A stretch of DNA of 48,743 nt from Bacilli bacterium (GTDB lineage: Bacteria; Bacillota_I; Bacilli_A; RF39; UBA660), in NCBI GenBank assembly GCA_045613165.1, contig JAZLAK010000018.1, positions 1 to 48,743 of the forward strand. Reading direction: 5' to 3'. A program made the translations under genes and the position numbers. Position 1 is the stretch's first letter. The number at the start of each line of letters is the position of its first letter. Below are positions 19,738-30,322 of the stretch, one piece after another. The notes beneath the pieces were generated by a model that saw nothing but the letters and a program-made list of their open reading frames with translations, did not search any database and had not been told where the DNA came from.

Positions 19738-20277
19738 CTACTTTCTAAATGGCATTCCGAATCCACTTAATAATTCAAAAGCTTCTTCGTTAGTTTTTGC
19801 AGTTGTAACAAAAACTATATCCATTCCTCTTAATTTTACAATATTATCATAATCAATTTCAGGGAAAATTAATTGTTCTTTAATACCTAAAGTATAGTTT
19901 CCAAAACCATCAAATGCTTTTGAAGAAACTCCTCTAAAGTCTCTTACACGAGGTAATGCAACTTTGATTAATTTTTCCATGAAATTATACATAGCTTCAC
20001 CTCTTAAAGTTACTTTAACTCCAATAGGTTGACCTTCTCTTAATTTAAATCCAGCTATAGATTTTTTTGCTTTAGTTATAATTGGTTTTTGACCAGTAAT
20101 AACTTCTAAGTCTTTTGCAGCTGCTTCTATAAATTTTGAATCATGACTAGCTTCTCCAACACCTATATTAACAACAATTTTATCTAACTTAGGAACTTGC
20201 ATAATTGATTTATAACCAAATTTTTCCATTAAGTTATTTTTAATTTCATTATTATATAATTCTTTAAATGTACTCAT
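19738..20277 (-). CDS. rplE: 50S ribosomal protein L5
   Basis: Sequence and position. Confidence 0.96.
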   Translation of the reverse strand: MSTFKELYNNEIKNNLMEKFGYKSIMQVPKLDKIVVNIGVGEASHDSKFIEAAAKDLEVITGQKPIITKAKKSIAGFKLREGQPIGVKVTLRGEAMYNFMEKLIKVALPRVRDFRGVSSKAFDGFGNYTLGIKEQLIFPEIDYDNIVKLRGMDIVFVTTAKTNEEAFELLSGFGMPFRK

Positions 20278-20570
20278 TATTTTTCACCTACTTCTTTCTT
20301 AGTAGATTTTTTTGTAGTAGTTTTCTTTTCAGTAGTTTTTTTAGTTTCTTTTCCTTCGATAACTTTTACATTAGATACATGAATAGGTGCTTCTACACTA
20401 AGTATTCCACCAGTTTCATTCATTTGGCTAGGTTTCATATGTTTTTTAACAATATTGATACCTTCAACAACAACTTTATCTTTCTTTTTTAGAGTAACAA
20501 GAACTTTACCTTCTTTTCCTCTATCTTTTCCAGCTAAAATTTTAACTTTGTCTCCAACTCTAACTTTCAT
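20277..20570 (-). CDS. rplX: 50S ribosomal protein L24 (with K/T-rich C-terminal tail)
   Basis: KOW motif [19 protein letters not shown]. The tail is [25 protein letters not shown]. Confidence 0.94.
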   Translation of the reverse strand: MKVRVGDKVKILAGKDRGKEGKVLVTLKKKDKVVVEGINIVKKHMKPSQMNETGGILSVEAPIHVSNVKVIEGKETKKTTEKKTTTKKSTKKEVGEK

Positions 20571-20578
20571 ATATCCTC

Positions 20579-20947
20579 CTATAATACTTCAGGTGCAAGT
20601 GAGATAATCTTCATATAATCTTTATCACGAAGTTCTCTTGCAACTGGTCCTAGAACACGTGTTCCAATTGGACTCTTATCTTCTTTTACTAATACACATG
20701 CATTGTCATCGAATCTTATATAAGAACCATCTTTACGTCTAACACCTTCAACGCTTCTTACGATAACTGCTTTAACTACTTTACCTTTTTTAATATTTGA
20801 ATTTGGTATAGCTTTCTTAACTGATGCTACTACTACATCACCAATATTACCATACTTTCTATGACTTCCGCCTAATACACGGATAACCATTAATTCTCTT
20901 GCACCAGAGTTATCTGCTACTTTTAATCTAGTTTGTTGTTGTATCAT
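20579..20947 (-). CDS. rplN: 50S ribosomal protein L14
   Basis: [19 protein letters not shown]... Confidence 0.97.
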   Translation of the reverse strand: MIQQQTRLKVADNSGARELMVIRVLGGSHRKYGNIGDVVVASVKKAIPNSNIKKGKVVKAVIVRSVEGVRRKDGSYIRFDDNACVLVKEDKSPIGTRVLGPVARELRDKDYMKIISLAPEVL

Positions 20948-20958
20948 AATAACCCTCC

Positions 20959-21219
20959 TTACAAGATCACAGCTTCTTTAATAACTTCAACTAGTTCATA
21001 TCTCTTAGTTTTTGATAATGGACGAGTCATTGCTATTCTTACTGTGTCCCCTTCTTTAGCTTTATTATTTTCATCGTGTGCACGATATTTTTTTGAATAT
21101 TTAACCATTTTACCATATAAAGGATGTTTTCTGTGAGTTTCAACTAAAACAGTAATAGTCTTATCATTCTTATCACTTACAACACGACCAACAAGTTCTG
21201 TTCTTTTAGTTTCTTTCAT
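20959..21219 (-). CDS. rpsQ: 30S ribosomal protein S17
   Basis: Sequence and position. Confidence 0.96.
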   Translation of the reverse strand: MKETKRTELVGRVVSDKNDKTITVLVETHRKHPLYGKMVKYSKKYRAHDENNKAKEGDTVRIAMTRPLSKTKRYELVEVIKEAVIL

Positions 21220-21422
21220 TAATTCTCACTCCCATCATTTAATTTTTCAGTTAAAACTGTTTTTAATCTTGCTACATCTTTTCTTAAAGCGTTAATTCTA
21301 TGAGGTTTATCTAAAGTACCAGTAGCTTGTTTCATTCTTAATTCAAATAATTCAGTTTTATTTTCTGCGATTTTTTTATTAATATCTTCAACAGACATTT
21401 TTCTTATTTCACTAGCCTTCAT
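21219..21422 (-). CDS. rpmC: 50S ribosomal protein L29
   Basis: Sequence and position. Confidence 0.95.
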   Translation of the reverse strand: MKASEIRKMSVEDINKKIAENKTELFELRMKQATGTLDKPHRINALRKDVARLKTVLTEKLNDGSEN

Positions 21423-21849
21423 TTTTAACCTCTCCTTCTCTCATTACGAATTTTGTTTTAACACTTAGCTTATGACTAGCAAGTCTTAAAGCTTCACGAG
21501 CAACTTCTTCGCTAACTCCAGCAATTTCAAACATGATTTTGCCTTCTTTAACTACTGCTACCCATTCATTTACGTTACCTTTACCTTTACCTTGACGAGT
21601 TTCTAAAGGTTTTTGTGTTCTAGCTAAGTGAGGGAAAATATTAATCCATACTTTTCCTCCACGTTTCATATAACGTGTCATAGCGATACGAGCTGCTTCA
21701 ATTTGACGAGCACTAACATATCCACCTTCTTTAGCTTGAAGACCAAAATCTCCAAATTGTAAAGTTAAGTTTCCTTTAGCTTTTCCATCATAAGTAAGTC
21801 TATGAGGCTTACGATATTTAGTTCTTTTTGGCATTAGTGGCATTACCAT
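21412..21849 (-). CDS. rplP: 50S ribosomal protein L16
   Basis: [12 protein letters not shown]... The exact start is ambiguous among three in-frame Met codons (21849, 21843, 21834). Confidence 0.94.
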   Translation of the reverse strand: MVMPLMPKRTKYRKPHRLTYDGKAKGNLTLQFGDFGLQAKEGGYVSARQIEAARIAMTRYMKRGGKVWINIFPHLARTQKPLETRQGKGKGNVNEWVAVVKEGKIMFEIAGVSEEVAREALRLASHKLSVKTKFVMREGEVKNEG

Positions 21850-22498
21850 CAGCCTCCTTTACCTTTTTCTTATTACCAAGGATTTCTCCTTTGTAAATCC
21901 AAACTTTAACACCTATTTTTCCATAAGTTGTATCTGCTTCACTTGTTGCATAATCTATATTAGCTCTAATAGTGTGTAGTGGAACAGTACCTTCAGTATA
22001 TCCTTCAGTACGAGCCATTTCAGCACCAGCTAATCTTCCTGAAACTGCAGTTTTAATACCTTTAGCTCCAGCTTTCATTGTATTTTTAATAGCCTTCTTT
22101 TGAACGTTACGGAAATTAGCTCTATTTTCAATTTGTTTAGCAATTGAATCAGCAACTAATTGTGCGTTCATATCAGGATTCTTTTCTTCAATGATAGTTA
22201 CATAAACATCTTCGTTTGAAACTTTCTTTAAAGATTTTCTTAATTTTTCGATATCTTCTCCACCACGACCGATTATAACACCAGGTTTAGCAGTATGAAT
22301 TTTAACTTCAACTTTATCTTTTCTTCTTTCGATTTCAACACTACTTAAAGCAGCATCAGATAAAGTTTTTAATAAATATTCACGAATTTTGATATCATTA
22401 TTTAATTTAACGGCATAATCTTTATCAGCATACCAATTACTTTGCCATGATTTATTTACGCCAAGTCTTAATCCATTAGGATTTACCTTTTGTCCCAT
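21818..22498 (-). CDS. rpsC: 30S ribosomal protein S3
   Basis: [24 protein letters not shown]... Confidence 0.97.
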   Translation of the reverse strand: MGQKVNPNGLRLGVNKSWQSNWYADKDYAVKLNNDIKIREYLLKTLSDAALSSVEIERRKDKVEVKIHTAKPGVIIGRGGEDIEKLRKSLKKVSNEDVYVTIIEEKNPDMNAQLVADSIAKQIENRANFRNVQKKAIKNTMKAGAKGIKTAVSGRLAGAEMARTEGYTEGTVPLHTIRANIDYATSEADTTYGKIGVKVWIYKGEILGNKKKVKEADGNATNAKKN

Positions 22499-22500
22499 CG

Positions 22501-22845
22501 TTATGCCTCCTTAACTCCGTCACTAACTTTAACAGTTATATGACTTGTTCTTTTATCTCTTCTATCTACTTTTGAACGAGAACCAATCTTAGATCTCTTT
22601 AATACAGGACCTGGATTGATAAAACATTCAGATATTACTAAATCTTCATATTTCATATTAAAGTTATTAGTAGCGTTTGCAACAGCACTATTTAAAACTT
22701 TAATTATTAATCTACTTGATTTAGTATTAGTATTTTTTAATATTGCTTGAGCTTCACTAGCTTTCTTACCTCTTATTAAATCAAGAGTCATTCTAGCTTT
22801 TCTTGGAGCTACCATAGCAGATTTATGTATTGCAAATGTTTCCAT
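22501..22845 (-). CDS. rplV: 50S ribosomal protein L22
   Basis: Sequence and position. Confidence 0.96.
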   Translation of the reverse strand: METFAIHKSAMVAPRKARMTLDLIRGKKASEAQAILKNTNTKSSRLIIKVLNSAVANATNNFNMKYEDLVISECFINPGPVLKRSKIGSRSKVDRRDKRTSHITVKVSDGVKEA

Positions 22846-22856
22846 CTATTTACCTC

Positions 22857-23120
22857 CTACTTTTGTCCTGCATGTCCGCCGAATTTACGAGTTAAAGCAA
22901 ATTCGCCTAATTTGTGTCCTACCATATCTTCAGTTACATATACTGGAATAAAATCTTTTCCATTATGAACTGCAATAGTGTGTCCTACAAATTCTGGAAA
23001 GATTGTTGAACGACGAGACCAAGTTTTAACAACTTCTTTTTTATTTGATTCATTTAATTTTTCGATCTTTTTCATTAAACTAGCGTCAACGAAAGGACCT
23101 TTTTTAATACTTCTTGCCAT
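22857..23120 (-). CDS. rpsS: 30S ribosomal protein S19
   Basis: [12 protein letters not shown]... Confidence 0.97.
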   Translation of the reverse strand: MARSIKKGPFVDASLMKKIEKLNESNKKEVVKTWSRRSTIFPEFVGHTIAVHNGKDFIPVYVTEDMVGHKLGEFALTRKFGGHAGQK

Positions 23121-23132
23121 TTAAACACTCTC

Positions 23133-23963
23133 CTATTTCTTTCTCTTGCTTACGATAAATTTATCAGAAGCTTTCTTATTTTTACGAGTTTTTAATCCAA
23201 GAGCTGGTTTACCCCAAGGAGTAACAGGCCCCTTTCTTCCTATTGGTGTACGACCTTCACCACCACCATGAGGGTGATCGTTAGGGTTCATAACAGAACC
23301 ACGGTTTGTAGGTCTAATACCCATATGACGACTACGTCCAGCTTTACCGATGTTTACTAATTCATAATCTTCATTACCAACTACACCGATAGTAGCCATA
23401 CAAGTTCCTAAAACTAATCTAGTTTCACCACTTTGTAAACGTATTAATACATATTTTTCTTCACGACCTAATATTTGAGCGCTAGCACCAGCAGAACGAG
23501 CAAGTTCAGCACCCTTACCAGGTTTTAATTCAACATTGTGAATAACAGTACCAACTGGAATGTTTTTTAACATCATAGCATTACCAACTTTGATATCTAC
23601 TGCTTCTCCACTTTCAACGATTGCACCAACTTTTAAATCTTTAGGAGCGATAATATATCTCTTTTCTCCATCTTTATAAGTTAATAATGCAATGTTAGCA
23701 CTACGATTTGGATCATATTCAATACTAGTTACTCTAGCAGGAACTCCAAATTTATTTCTTTTAAAATCTATTAAACGATATTTTCTTTTAGCTCCTCCAC
23801 CAATGTGTTGAACAGTCATTCTACCAGTATTATTTCTACCACCAGTTTTAGTCTTTTTAACTAATAAACTTTTAGTAGCTTTAACACCTGTTAACTCTTC
23901 ATTTGCTAAAGTACTCATACCTCTACGACCATTAGTCGTTGGTTTATATTTCTTTATAGCCAT
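23133..23963 (-). CDS. rplB: 50S ribosomal protein L2
   Basis: 276 aa, with [17 protein letters not shown]. Confidence 0.97.
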   Translation of the reverse strand: MAIKKYKPTTNGRRGMSTLANEELTGVKATKSLLVKKTKTGGRNNTGRMTVQHIGGGAKRKYRLIDFKRNKFGVPARVTSIEYDPNRSANIALLTYKDGEKRYIIAPKDLKVGAIVESGEAVDIKVGNAMMLKNIPVGTVIHNVELKPGKGAELARSAGASAQILGREEKYVLIRLQSGETRLVLGTCMATIGVVGNEDYELVNIGKAGRSRHMGIRPTNRGSVMNPNDHPHGGGEGRTPIGRKGPVTPWGKPALGLKTRKNKKASDKFIVSKRKK

Positions 23964-23976
23964 ATCTTACACCGCC

Positions 23977-24252
23977 TTACATTTCTATAGCTTGACCGTC
24001 AACTAAAGTAACGATAGCTTTCTTATAAGTCTTAGTTTTTCCAGTGTATCTACCAACTCTTTTATCTTTTGCTTTAGTATTTAATGTATTTACACTTTTT
24101 ACTTTTACTCTAAATAATTCTTCAACAGCAATCTTTATTTGAGTTTTATTAGCATTTTTAGCAACTTTGAAAACATAAGTTTTTCCATCGCTTGCTAACA
24201 TTTGACTTTTTTCAGTTATAACTGGTGCAATAATAATTTCACTATTCATCAT
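23977..24252 (-). CDS. rplW: 50S ribosomal protein L23
   Basis: Sequence and position. Confidence 0.95.
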   Translation of the reverse strand: MMNSEIIIAPVITEKSQMLASDGKTYVFKVAKNANKTQIKIAVEELFRVKVKSVNTLNTKAKDKRVGRYTGKTKTYKKAIVTLVDGQAIEM

Positions 24253-24875
24253 TATTTAAGCACCTCCTCTATATATTTAACAGCAGCTTCTTCCATTACT
24301 ACTGTATCAGCATTAACGATATCGTATACATTTATTTGATTAGCCATTATAACAGCAGCATAACCTAAGTTTCTAGTTGCTAAATATAAGTTTTCAGCAT
24401 CATTTGCAGTAACAAATAATACTTTACCAGCTAATTTTAAATTTACGATTAAATCTTTAACATCTTTAGTTTTAGCAGTTGCTAATTCTAAATTATCAAC
24501 TATAACTAATTCATTATTTTTAACTTTGTAAGTTAAAGCAGAACGTATAGCTAATCCTCTTTCTTTTCTATTCATCTTGAATGAATAACTTCTTGGAGTA
24601 ACACCAAATACAACTCCACCGCCTCTATAATGAGGAGCACGAATAGTACCTTGTCTTGCGTTACCAGTACCTTTTTGTCTATATGGTTTTCTTCCTCCAC
24701 CACTAACTTCACTACGAGTCTTAGTTTTATGAGTTCCTTGTCTTAATGATGCTAATTGTAAATCAATTGCTTTCTTAACGATTGCATCATTAGTTTCAAT
24801 ATTCCAAATACTATCATTTAGTTTTAAATCATTAGTTTTTTCACCTTTAAGGTTTATAATATCTAATTTAGCCAT
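24252..24875 (-). CDS. rplD: 50S ribosomal protein L4
   Basis: [19 protein letters not shown]. Confidence 0.96.
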   Translation of the reverse strand: MAKLDIINLKGEKTNDLKLNDSIWNIETNDAIVKKAIDLQLASLRQGTHKTKTRSEVSGGGRKPYRQKGTGNARQGTIRAPHYRGGGVVFGVTPRSYSFKMNRKERGLAIRSALTYKVKNNELVIVDNLELATAKTKDVKDLIVNLKLAGKVLFVTANDAENLYLATRNLGYAAVIMANQINVYDIVNADTVVMEEAAVKYIEEVLK

Positions 24876-24898
24876 TTTAAAATCTCCTTTATACTGAA

Positions 24899-25660
24899 TT
24901 AAGCTTCAGTAGTTTCCTCGATTTCTGCATTTTCAGTAGCTTCTATAGTTTCAGTTGTTTCTTCAATTTCTTCAACAACATCAACAACAGTTTCTTCTAC
25001 TTCATATTTAACTAATTCTTTAGGGTTAACTTTTCCATTTCCCTTAACTGCAGATTTGATTAAAACTAATGAATTTTTTGCTCCTGGAACATTTCCACTA
25101 ACTAAGATATAGTTATCAACTAAGTTAATATCAATAATTTCAAGATTTTGAATAGTAACTGTTTCACTTCCCATGTGTCCAGCTAATTTTTTACCCTTTA
25201 ATACTCTCATTGGTCTCATAGTTCCCATTGAACCTGGTCTTCTATGATATCTTGAACCGTGTGTTTCTGGTCCACGAGATTGGTTATGACGTTTAATAAC
25301 ACCAGCAAATCCTTTACCTTTACTAGTACCAGTAACATCAACCTTTTCTCCTATTTCAAATGTGTCGGCTTTTATAGTGCTTCCTAGTTCATATTGAGTT
25401 ACATCTTCAACTCTAATTTCTTTTAAGAAGCGCTTAGGAGCAACACCTGCTTTTTTAGCATGTCCTATTTCAGCTTTAGTAGCATGTTTTTCCTTTTTAT
25501 CAACAATTCCTAATTGAACAGCATTATAACCATCGTTTTCAATAGTTTTAACTTGAGTTATAACATTTGGTTCAACAGCAATTACTGTAACAGGAATAAC
25601 TCTACCATCTGTCGTAAATTTTTCGGTCATACCGATTTTACGTCCTAAGATTCCTTTCAT
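24899..25660 (-). CDS. rplC: 50S ribosomal protein L3 with ~45 aa acidic C-terminal extension
   Basis: [12 protein letters not shown]... is canonical L3 up to about residue 208, followed by an E/T/V-rich tail. Confidence 0.95.
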   Translation of the reverse strand: MKGILGRKIGMTEKFTTDGRVIPVTVIAVEPNVITQVKTIENDGYNAVQLGIVDKKEKHATKAEIGHAKKAGVAPKRFLKEIRVEDVTQYELGSTIKADTFEIGEKVDVTGTSKGKGFAGVIKRHNQSRGPETHGSRYHRRPGSMGTMRPMRVLKGKKLAGHMGSETVTIQNLEIIDINLVDNYILVSGNVPGAKNSLVLIKSAVKGNGKVNPKELVKYEVEETVVDVVEEIEETTETIEATENAEIEETTEA

Positions 25661-25674
25661 TTTCTTACCTCCAA

Positions 25675-25980
25675 TTATTTAGTTTCAATTTTAATGTCAA
25701 CACCACTTGGAACATCTAAGTGAGTTAAAGCATCAATAACTTCCTTACTAGGATTCTTTATATCAATAAGTCTTTTATGAGTACGCATTTCAAATTGTTC
25801 TCTACTATCTTTATATTTATGAACCGCTCTTAATACAGTATATCTTTGTATTTCTGTAGGAAGAGGGATAGGTCCAGATATTTCTCCACCTATTCTTTTG
25901 ATTGTAGTAACAATCTTTGCAGCTGTATCATCAAGTACTTTATGATCATAAGCTTTTAATCTAATTCTTACTTTTGACAT
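25675..25980 (-). CDS. rpsJ: 30S ribosomal protein S10
   Basis: [13 protein letters not shown]... Confidence 0.97.
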   Translation of the reverse strand: MSKVRIRLKAYDHKVLDDTAAKIVTTIKRIGGEISGPIPLPTEIQRYTVLRAVHKYKDSREQFEMRTHKRLIDIKNPSKEVIDALTHLDVPSGVDIKIETK

Positions 25981-26110
25981 TTTTCATGTCCTCCCTTCGT
26001 TTATATCAACGTATAAACATGACTCCGTTACGAATTCCCTGTAAACTAGTTTTATTTAACAACTCCACCTAGTGTATCAGCCACCTCGCACATCATAGCC
26101 AGATAAATAC
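25981..26110 (-). promoter_or_regulatory. ~130 nt 5' leader of the S10 operon, locally GC-enriched and structured
   Basis: Lies between the promoter at 26118-26146 and the rpsJ ATG. Contains hairpins GUUUAUA-CGUUGA-UAUAAAC just before the GGGAGG SD, and ACUAG...CUAGU. Confidence 0.4.
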
Positions 26111-26117
26111 ATAATCC

Positions 26118-26146
26118 ATTATATACTAACTTTATACTAATTTCAA
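26118..26146 (-). promoter_or_regulatory. S10 operon promoter (TTGAAA-17-TATAAT)
   Basis: On the minus strand, TTGAAA (26146-26141), a 17 nt spacer, and TATAAT (26123-26118). Confidence 0.6.
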
Positions 26147-26272
26147 CCCCTAAATTACATTTTTTTTATTTTTTTAATATTTCTAAGATTTTAATAGTTT
26201 TAATACTATTTTCTAAAAGTTTTGTCTCCCTACTTCAAAATTTTTTTATGCATTGCCTTAATATCTAAATCT

Positions 26273-26300
26273 TTAACACATTTAAAAACCATGATATAAT
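26273..26300 (+). promoter_or_regulatory. promoter of the glycosyltransferase gene (TTAACA-16-TATAAT with TGn)
   Basis: TTAACA at 26273-26278 and TGATATAAT ending at 26300. A GAGGTG RBS precedes the ATG at 26319. Confidence 0.45.
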
Positions 26301-26318
26301 TAAATATAGAGGTGCAGT

Positions 26319-27260
26319 ATGAAAATAAGTATTATAATACCTTCTTATAATGAAGAAGGAAATATATTAGAATTAAATAAAAAACTAACAAACGCTTTAA
26401 AAGATTTAGATTATGAACTTATATATATAAATGATGGTTCAACTGATTCTACAATAGAAAAAATAAAAAAAGTATTTGAAAGTGATAAAGAACACATAAA
26501 ATATATTTCGTTTAGTAAAAACTTTGGCAAAGACGCCGCAATATATGCTGGTTTAAAACATTCTACTGGAGATTATACCTGTATAATAGATTCAGACTTA
26601 CAACAAAATCCTAAATATATATTAAGCATGTATGATTATTTAAATAATCATGAAAATGTAGACCAAATAGCGATGGTAATGAAAAATAGAAATAAAGAAA
26701 ATTTTATCAATAGAATATTTAAAAAGAATTTCTATAAAATTATAAATAAATTATCAGATACTAAATTAGTAGATGGCGCTAGTGATTTTAGAATGTTTAG
26801 AAAAAATGTAAAAAATGCTATATTAAGTTTAAGTGAGAAAAATAGATTTACTAAAGGAATATTTTCTTGGATAGGATTTAATACTGAATATATGTATTAC
26901 AACGTAGAAAAAAGACACAGTGGAAAATCTAAATTTAATAACAAAGAACAAATTAAATATGCTTTAACCGGCATAACAAATTTTTCTATAAAACCATTAT
27001 CGTTAGCGACTATAATTGGAATAATAATTTCTTTAATTGCATTTGTATATATTATAATAACAATATTTCAAGTATTATTATTTGGTAAAGACGTACCAGG
27101 ATACGCTTCACTACTTATAGTTAGTTTATTTATGGGAGGTATACAAATGATATTTATAGGCATAATTGGAACTTATTTAGGAAAATCTTATATAGAAACA
27201 AAAAATAGACCCATATATATAGAAAAAGAAACTAAAGGATTCGATGAAGAAATACTTTAG
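26319..27260 (+). CDS. family 2 glycosyltransferase, polyprenol-phosphate sugar transferase type (GtrB/CsbB-like)
   Basis: ISIIIPSYNEE..., DGSTDST and IIDSDLQ (the DxD region), plus two C-terminal TM helices. Confidence 0.8.
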   Translation: MKISIIIPSYNEEGNILELNKKLTNALKDLDYELIYINDGSTDSTIEKIKKVFESDKEHIKYISFSKNFGKDAAIYAGLKHSTGDYTCIIDSDLQQNPKYILSMYDYLNNHENVDQIAMVMKNRNKENFINRIFKKNFYKIINKLSDTKLVDGASDFRMFRKNVKNAILSLSEKNRFTKGIFSWIGFNTEYMYYNVEKRHSGKSKFNNKEQIKYALTGITNFSIKPLSLATIIGIIISLIAFVYIIITIFQVLLFGKDVPGYASLLIVSLFMGGIQMIFIGIIGTYLGKSYIETKNRPIYIEKETKGFDEEIL

Positions 27261-27271
27261 TTTTTTATTTT

Positions 27272-27295
27272 TAAAAAAAAGAAGCATATGCTTCT
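27272..27295 (-). terminator. rho-independent terminator closing the T4SS-like cluster
   Basis: Palindrome agaagcat/atgcttct (27280-27295) directly after the coupling-protein stop codon, followed on the minus strand by T8. Confidence 0.6.
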
Positions 27296-29578
27296 CTATT
27301 CATCTTGAAAGAAATCATCAAAATATTGATCATCTGTTATTGAATTATCATTAATAACGTTAGTATCTATTTCTTTTTTATCTTCTTTTTTATTTTCTTC
27401 AACAATATTATTTTCATTTAATATATCACTAAATGTTTTTATATTACGATTATCTAAATTTAATATATCTAATTCTTCGATATTTTCGTCTTTATTATCT
27501 AATTCTACAGAATCTATATTATCTTTAGAATTATCCAATGATTTTAAATCATCTTTAAATTCATTTATAACTGTTTCAGAATCTTTGTTATCAAATACTT
27601 CAATAGTTTTATTTTTTTCTTTTTCTAATCTTTCTTCTTCTTCAAGTTCTGCAATTTTTGCATCAATTTTCTTTAAAAGTTCATCAACATCAACTTCACC
27701 ACTACCTTCAAATGGATTTGGAAAACTGTTTTTCATATCATTATTTCCAGAACCAAATGGACTAGGAGTTATAAATGGATTAGGATTTCCAAAAGGATTA
27801 GAAGGTTCAAATGGATTAGGTCCCATACCTCCACTTGGCATAGGATTAGAATTTAAATTGTTCATAACCCTTTCTTTTTTTCTTTTATTAACATAATCTT
27901 TTAAATCAAATAACCCTATCTCGCCTTTAGTTCTTTCAATAAATTCAGCTTTAGGAAAAGAATTTCCCCAATTTATCTCATAACTAGGTTTCAATTTTGT
28001 TTTAAATGGGTTTAATCTAGTTCTCATTATAATAGCTTCATTCATCTTCATTTTTTGTAAATCACTTACAGTAACTAATGGAGTTGAAGCAGTTTTATCC
28101 TTTTCCTTACTTTTCTTTTCACCACATAATTTACTAATTTCTTCTAAAGCGGCTAATTCAGTTGTTAATAAATAAATTAAATTACCACAATTACTTCTTA
28201 TAGTTTCAGCATCTTCTTTACCATATACATCATTTAATTGTGCAAAATTTTGTATTATAAATGTAAATCTTATTGCTCTACTACGCGCAGCAGTAACCAT
28301 TGTTGTTACATCTTTTAAAGGGGGCATATTGGCAAATTCATCAAGTATAAAGTTAGTTCTAACTGGCAACTTTCCACCACATTCTTGTGCAACATCAATT
28401 AATGTCTCATAACATTGTTTAATGAATATTGTTGCTAATGCATGATATGTAGTTTTTTCATCATGAATAACCATAAACACTGCTGTTGGTTGCTTACCAA
28501 TATCTCTCATGTTAAAGTCACTTTTTGATAACATTTCAGATAATTGTTCACGACTCGCAAATAATCTTATCTTTTGTCTAAATACAGCAAGTATTCCACC
28601 TTTAGTATCAGTTGGCGAATTTATAGTATTACTTGCAAATATATATGGAGTACTAGACTCACCTTTTATATTAAAATATTCTTTAATATAATTTGATGGC
28701 GGACATTTTTCTTCTCCAACTGTTGTAACATAACTTATAGAATTTAAATTTACTTCTTCCTCTTTAGCATCTTCAAATAAACCTAATGTTACTCCAGCAA
28801 AATAATCGGAAGCACTTTTTTCCCAAAAAGGATCTTGCGCTTTTTTATCTTGAACAATATTTAACGCAACGTCGTCAACTAACTCTGTTGCTTTGTCTGT
28901 ATTTCCAGCTTTATATAATTGATAAGGTAATGTTAAAGGATTCCAACAATTACCTTTTTGAGGTTCACGAAAATTTAAAACAATAATTTTATACCCTCTA
29001 TCACGTAACATATTTGAATGATTTTTGTATATCTCACCTTTAGGGTCAGTTATAACCATACTCTCTCTAGCCTTAGCTAAACTATAAACTAATGGATCAA
29101 CAACACTTGTAGTTTTACCACTACCTGTAGCACCTATAACTAAAGTATGATTTTCACCATTATCAACCCACATATCTCTTCCATCATTAACTAATACAGT
29201 ACCAGCAGCTTCAGAATCTTTATTAGCTATAGGAACTTTTACTACTTTAGATGCTGTTTTAATTTCTTTCTCTTTAGACCAACGTGCATATCCTTTTTCA
29301 TCTTTTTCACCAATACTTAATCCAAACCCCTTACCTTTTTCTCTATCAAATATATAAGAAGAAACACTCGCAAAAATAGAAATTAATACTACAAAGAATA
29401 ATAAAAATGTCCCTAATATATATCTAGAACCAAACCCAGCAAAAGGATTAAATCCAATAAATTCACCTTCATTTATAATATTTACTGCATTACTAACAGC
29501 AATACTACAAAGAAATAATAAGAATATACAAAATATTATAAAGATAATTAAATCTTTAGAACTAACATTAAATTTCAT
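27296..29578 (-). CDS. type IV coupling protein (VirD4/TraG family) with NPF-repeat and acidic C-terminal tail
   Basis: Two N-terminal TM helices, Walker A VIGATGSGKTTS, TDPKGE, and Walker B NFILDEFANMPPL. Confidence 0.85.
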   Translation of the reverse strand: MKFNVSSKDLIIFIIFCIFLLFLCSIAVSNAVNIINEGEFIGFNPFAGFGSRYILGTFLLFFVVLISIFASVSSYIFDREKGKGFGLSIGEKDEKGYARWSKEKEIKTASKVVKVPIANKDSEAAGTVLVNDGRDMWVDNGENHTLVIGATGSGKTTSVVDPLVYSLAKARESMVITDPKGEIYKNHSNMLRDRGYKIIVLNFREPQKGNCWNPLTLPYQLYKAGNTDKATELVDDVALNIVQDKKAQDPFWEKSASDYFAGVTLGLFEDAKEEEVNLNSISYVTTVGEEKCPPSNYIKEYFNIKGESSTPYIFASNTINSPTDTKGGILAVFRQKIRLFASREQLSEMLSKSDFNMRDIGKQPTAVFMVIHDEKTTYHALATIFIKQCYETLIDVAQECGGKLPVRTNFILDEFANMPPLKDVTTMVTAARSRAIRFTFIIQNFAQLNDVYGKEDAETIRSNCGNLIYLLTTELAALEEISKLCGEKKSKEKDKTASTPLVTVSDLQKMKMNEAIIMRTRLNPFKTKLKPSYEINWGNSFPKAEFIERTKGEIGLFDLKDYVNKRKKERVMNNLNSNPMPSGGMGPNPFEPSNPFGNPNPFITPSPFGSGNNDMKNSFPNPFEGSGEVDVDELLKKIDAKIAELEEEERLEKEKNKTIEVFDNKDSETVINEFKDDLKSLDNSKDNIDSVELDNKDENIEELDILNLDNRNIKTFSDILNENNIVEENKKEDKKEIDTNVINDNSITDDQYFDDFFQDE

Positions 29579-29631
29579 GATTACTCTCCTTCATTCAAAC
29601 ATATTATAAAACAAACAACATTTTTTTTCCA

Positions 29632-30312
29632 TCATTTATTAGAATTTTTTACCTTTTCATAAATTACAACAGTTGAAATTAAAATTACTATTCCCATAAC
29701 TCCTAAAATAATATAAAGAATATTACTTTTTTGATTTGAATTTGATAAACTGATTATATTTTCTTCTTCCGCAAAAATAATTTTTATATTTTTATTATAA
29801 GAATTTTCTCTATTTATCTCCCAATAATATATATTATCTATAACTTTATCAGCATTATTATAAGACACTTCTTTATCAGTAGAAATTTCAATACTAATAT
29901 TGTTTAATTCTAAATATTTATCATAAATATCATTTATCTTTCCACTTTCTAATGTATTAGCACTAAATTTCATATCAGGAAAAACCATTCTTCCTATTTG
30001 AGTATTATCATATTCATCTTTATTAAAGTCATATTTATATTCTAATTGCAGTATAGGATCCATAATTAACTTCTTTGTATAATAAGAATAACCAAATGAT
30101 AATCCTTCCTCTTTTGTATAATCGGATACATCTAAGTAATTCGTAGATAAATCAAATGCATAAACACTTTCAACTTCTTCTTTAAATTTATCTATATTTT
30201 TTATAACTACATCTTCTTTAAAAGTATTATCAACAAACTCTAACTTATAAGTTATATCACAACCAGTTAAAAAAGTCATCACAAATAATAAAAAGAATAA
30301 TTTTAATTTCAT
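29632..30312 (-). CDS. lipoprotein with additional C-terminal TM anchor, unknown function
   Basis: Lipobox FLTGC after a signal peptide. C-terminal hydrophobic segment ILYIILGVMGIVILISTVVIY. Confidence 0.6.
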   Translation of the reverse strand: MKLKLFFLLFVMTFLTGCDITYKLEFVDNTFKEDVVIKNIDKFKEEVESVYAFDLSTNYLDVSDYTKEEGLSFGYSYYTKKLIMDPILQLEYKYDFNKDEYDNTQIGRMVFPDMKFSANTLESGKINDIYDKYLELNNISIEISTDKEVSYNNADKVIDNIYYWEINRENSYNKNIKIIFAEEENIISLSNSNQKSNILYIILGVMGIVILISTVVIYEKVKNSNK

Positions 30313-30322
30313 ATTATCACCC

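Noticed and set aside
13195-21136. Eleven short ORFs overlapping the ribosomal operon (13195-13380, 13505-13687, 14718-14903, 16566-16850, 17439-17624, 17715-18089, 17981-18214, 18893-19141, 20268-20492, 20933-21136)
   Set aside because: All are nested in or antisense to highly conserved ribosomal, secY, map or rpoA genes, and none has independent support.
27585-28986. Plus-strand ORFs at 27585-27896, 28509-28691 and 28786-28986
   Set aside because: Antisense within the coupling-protein gene.
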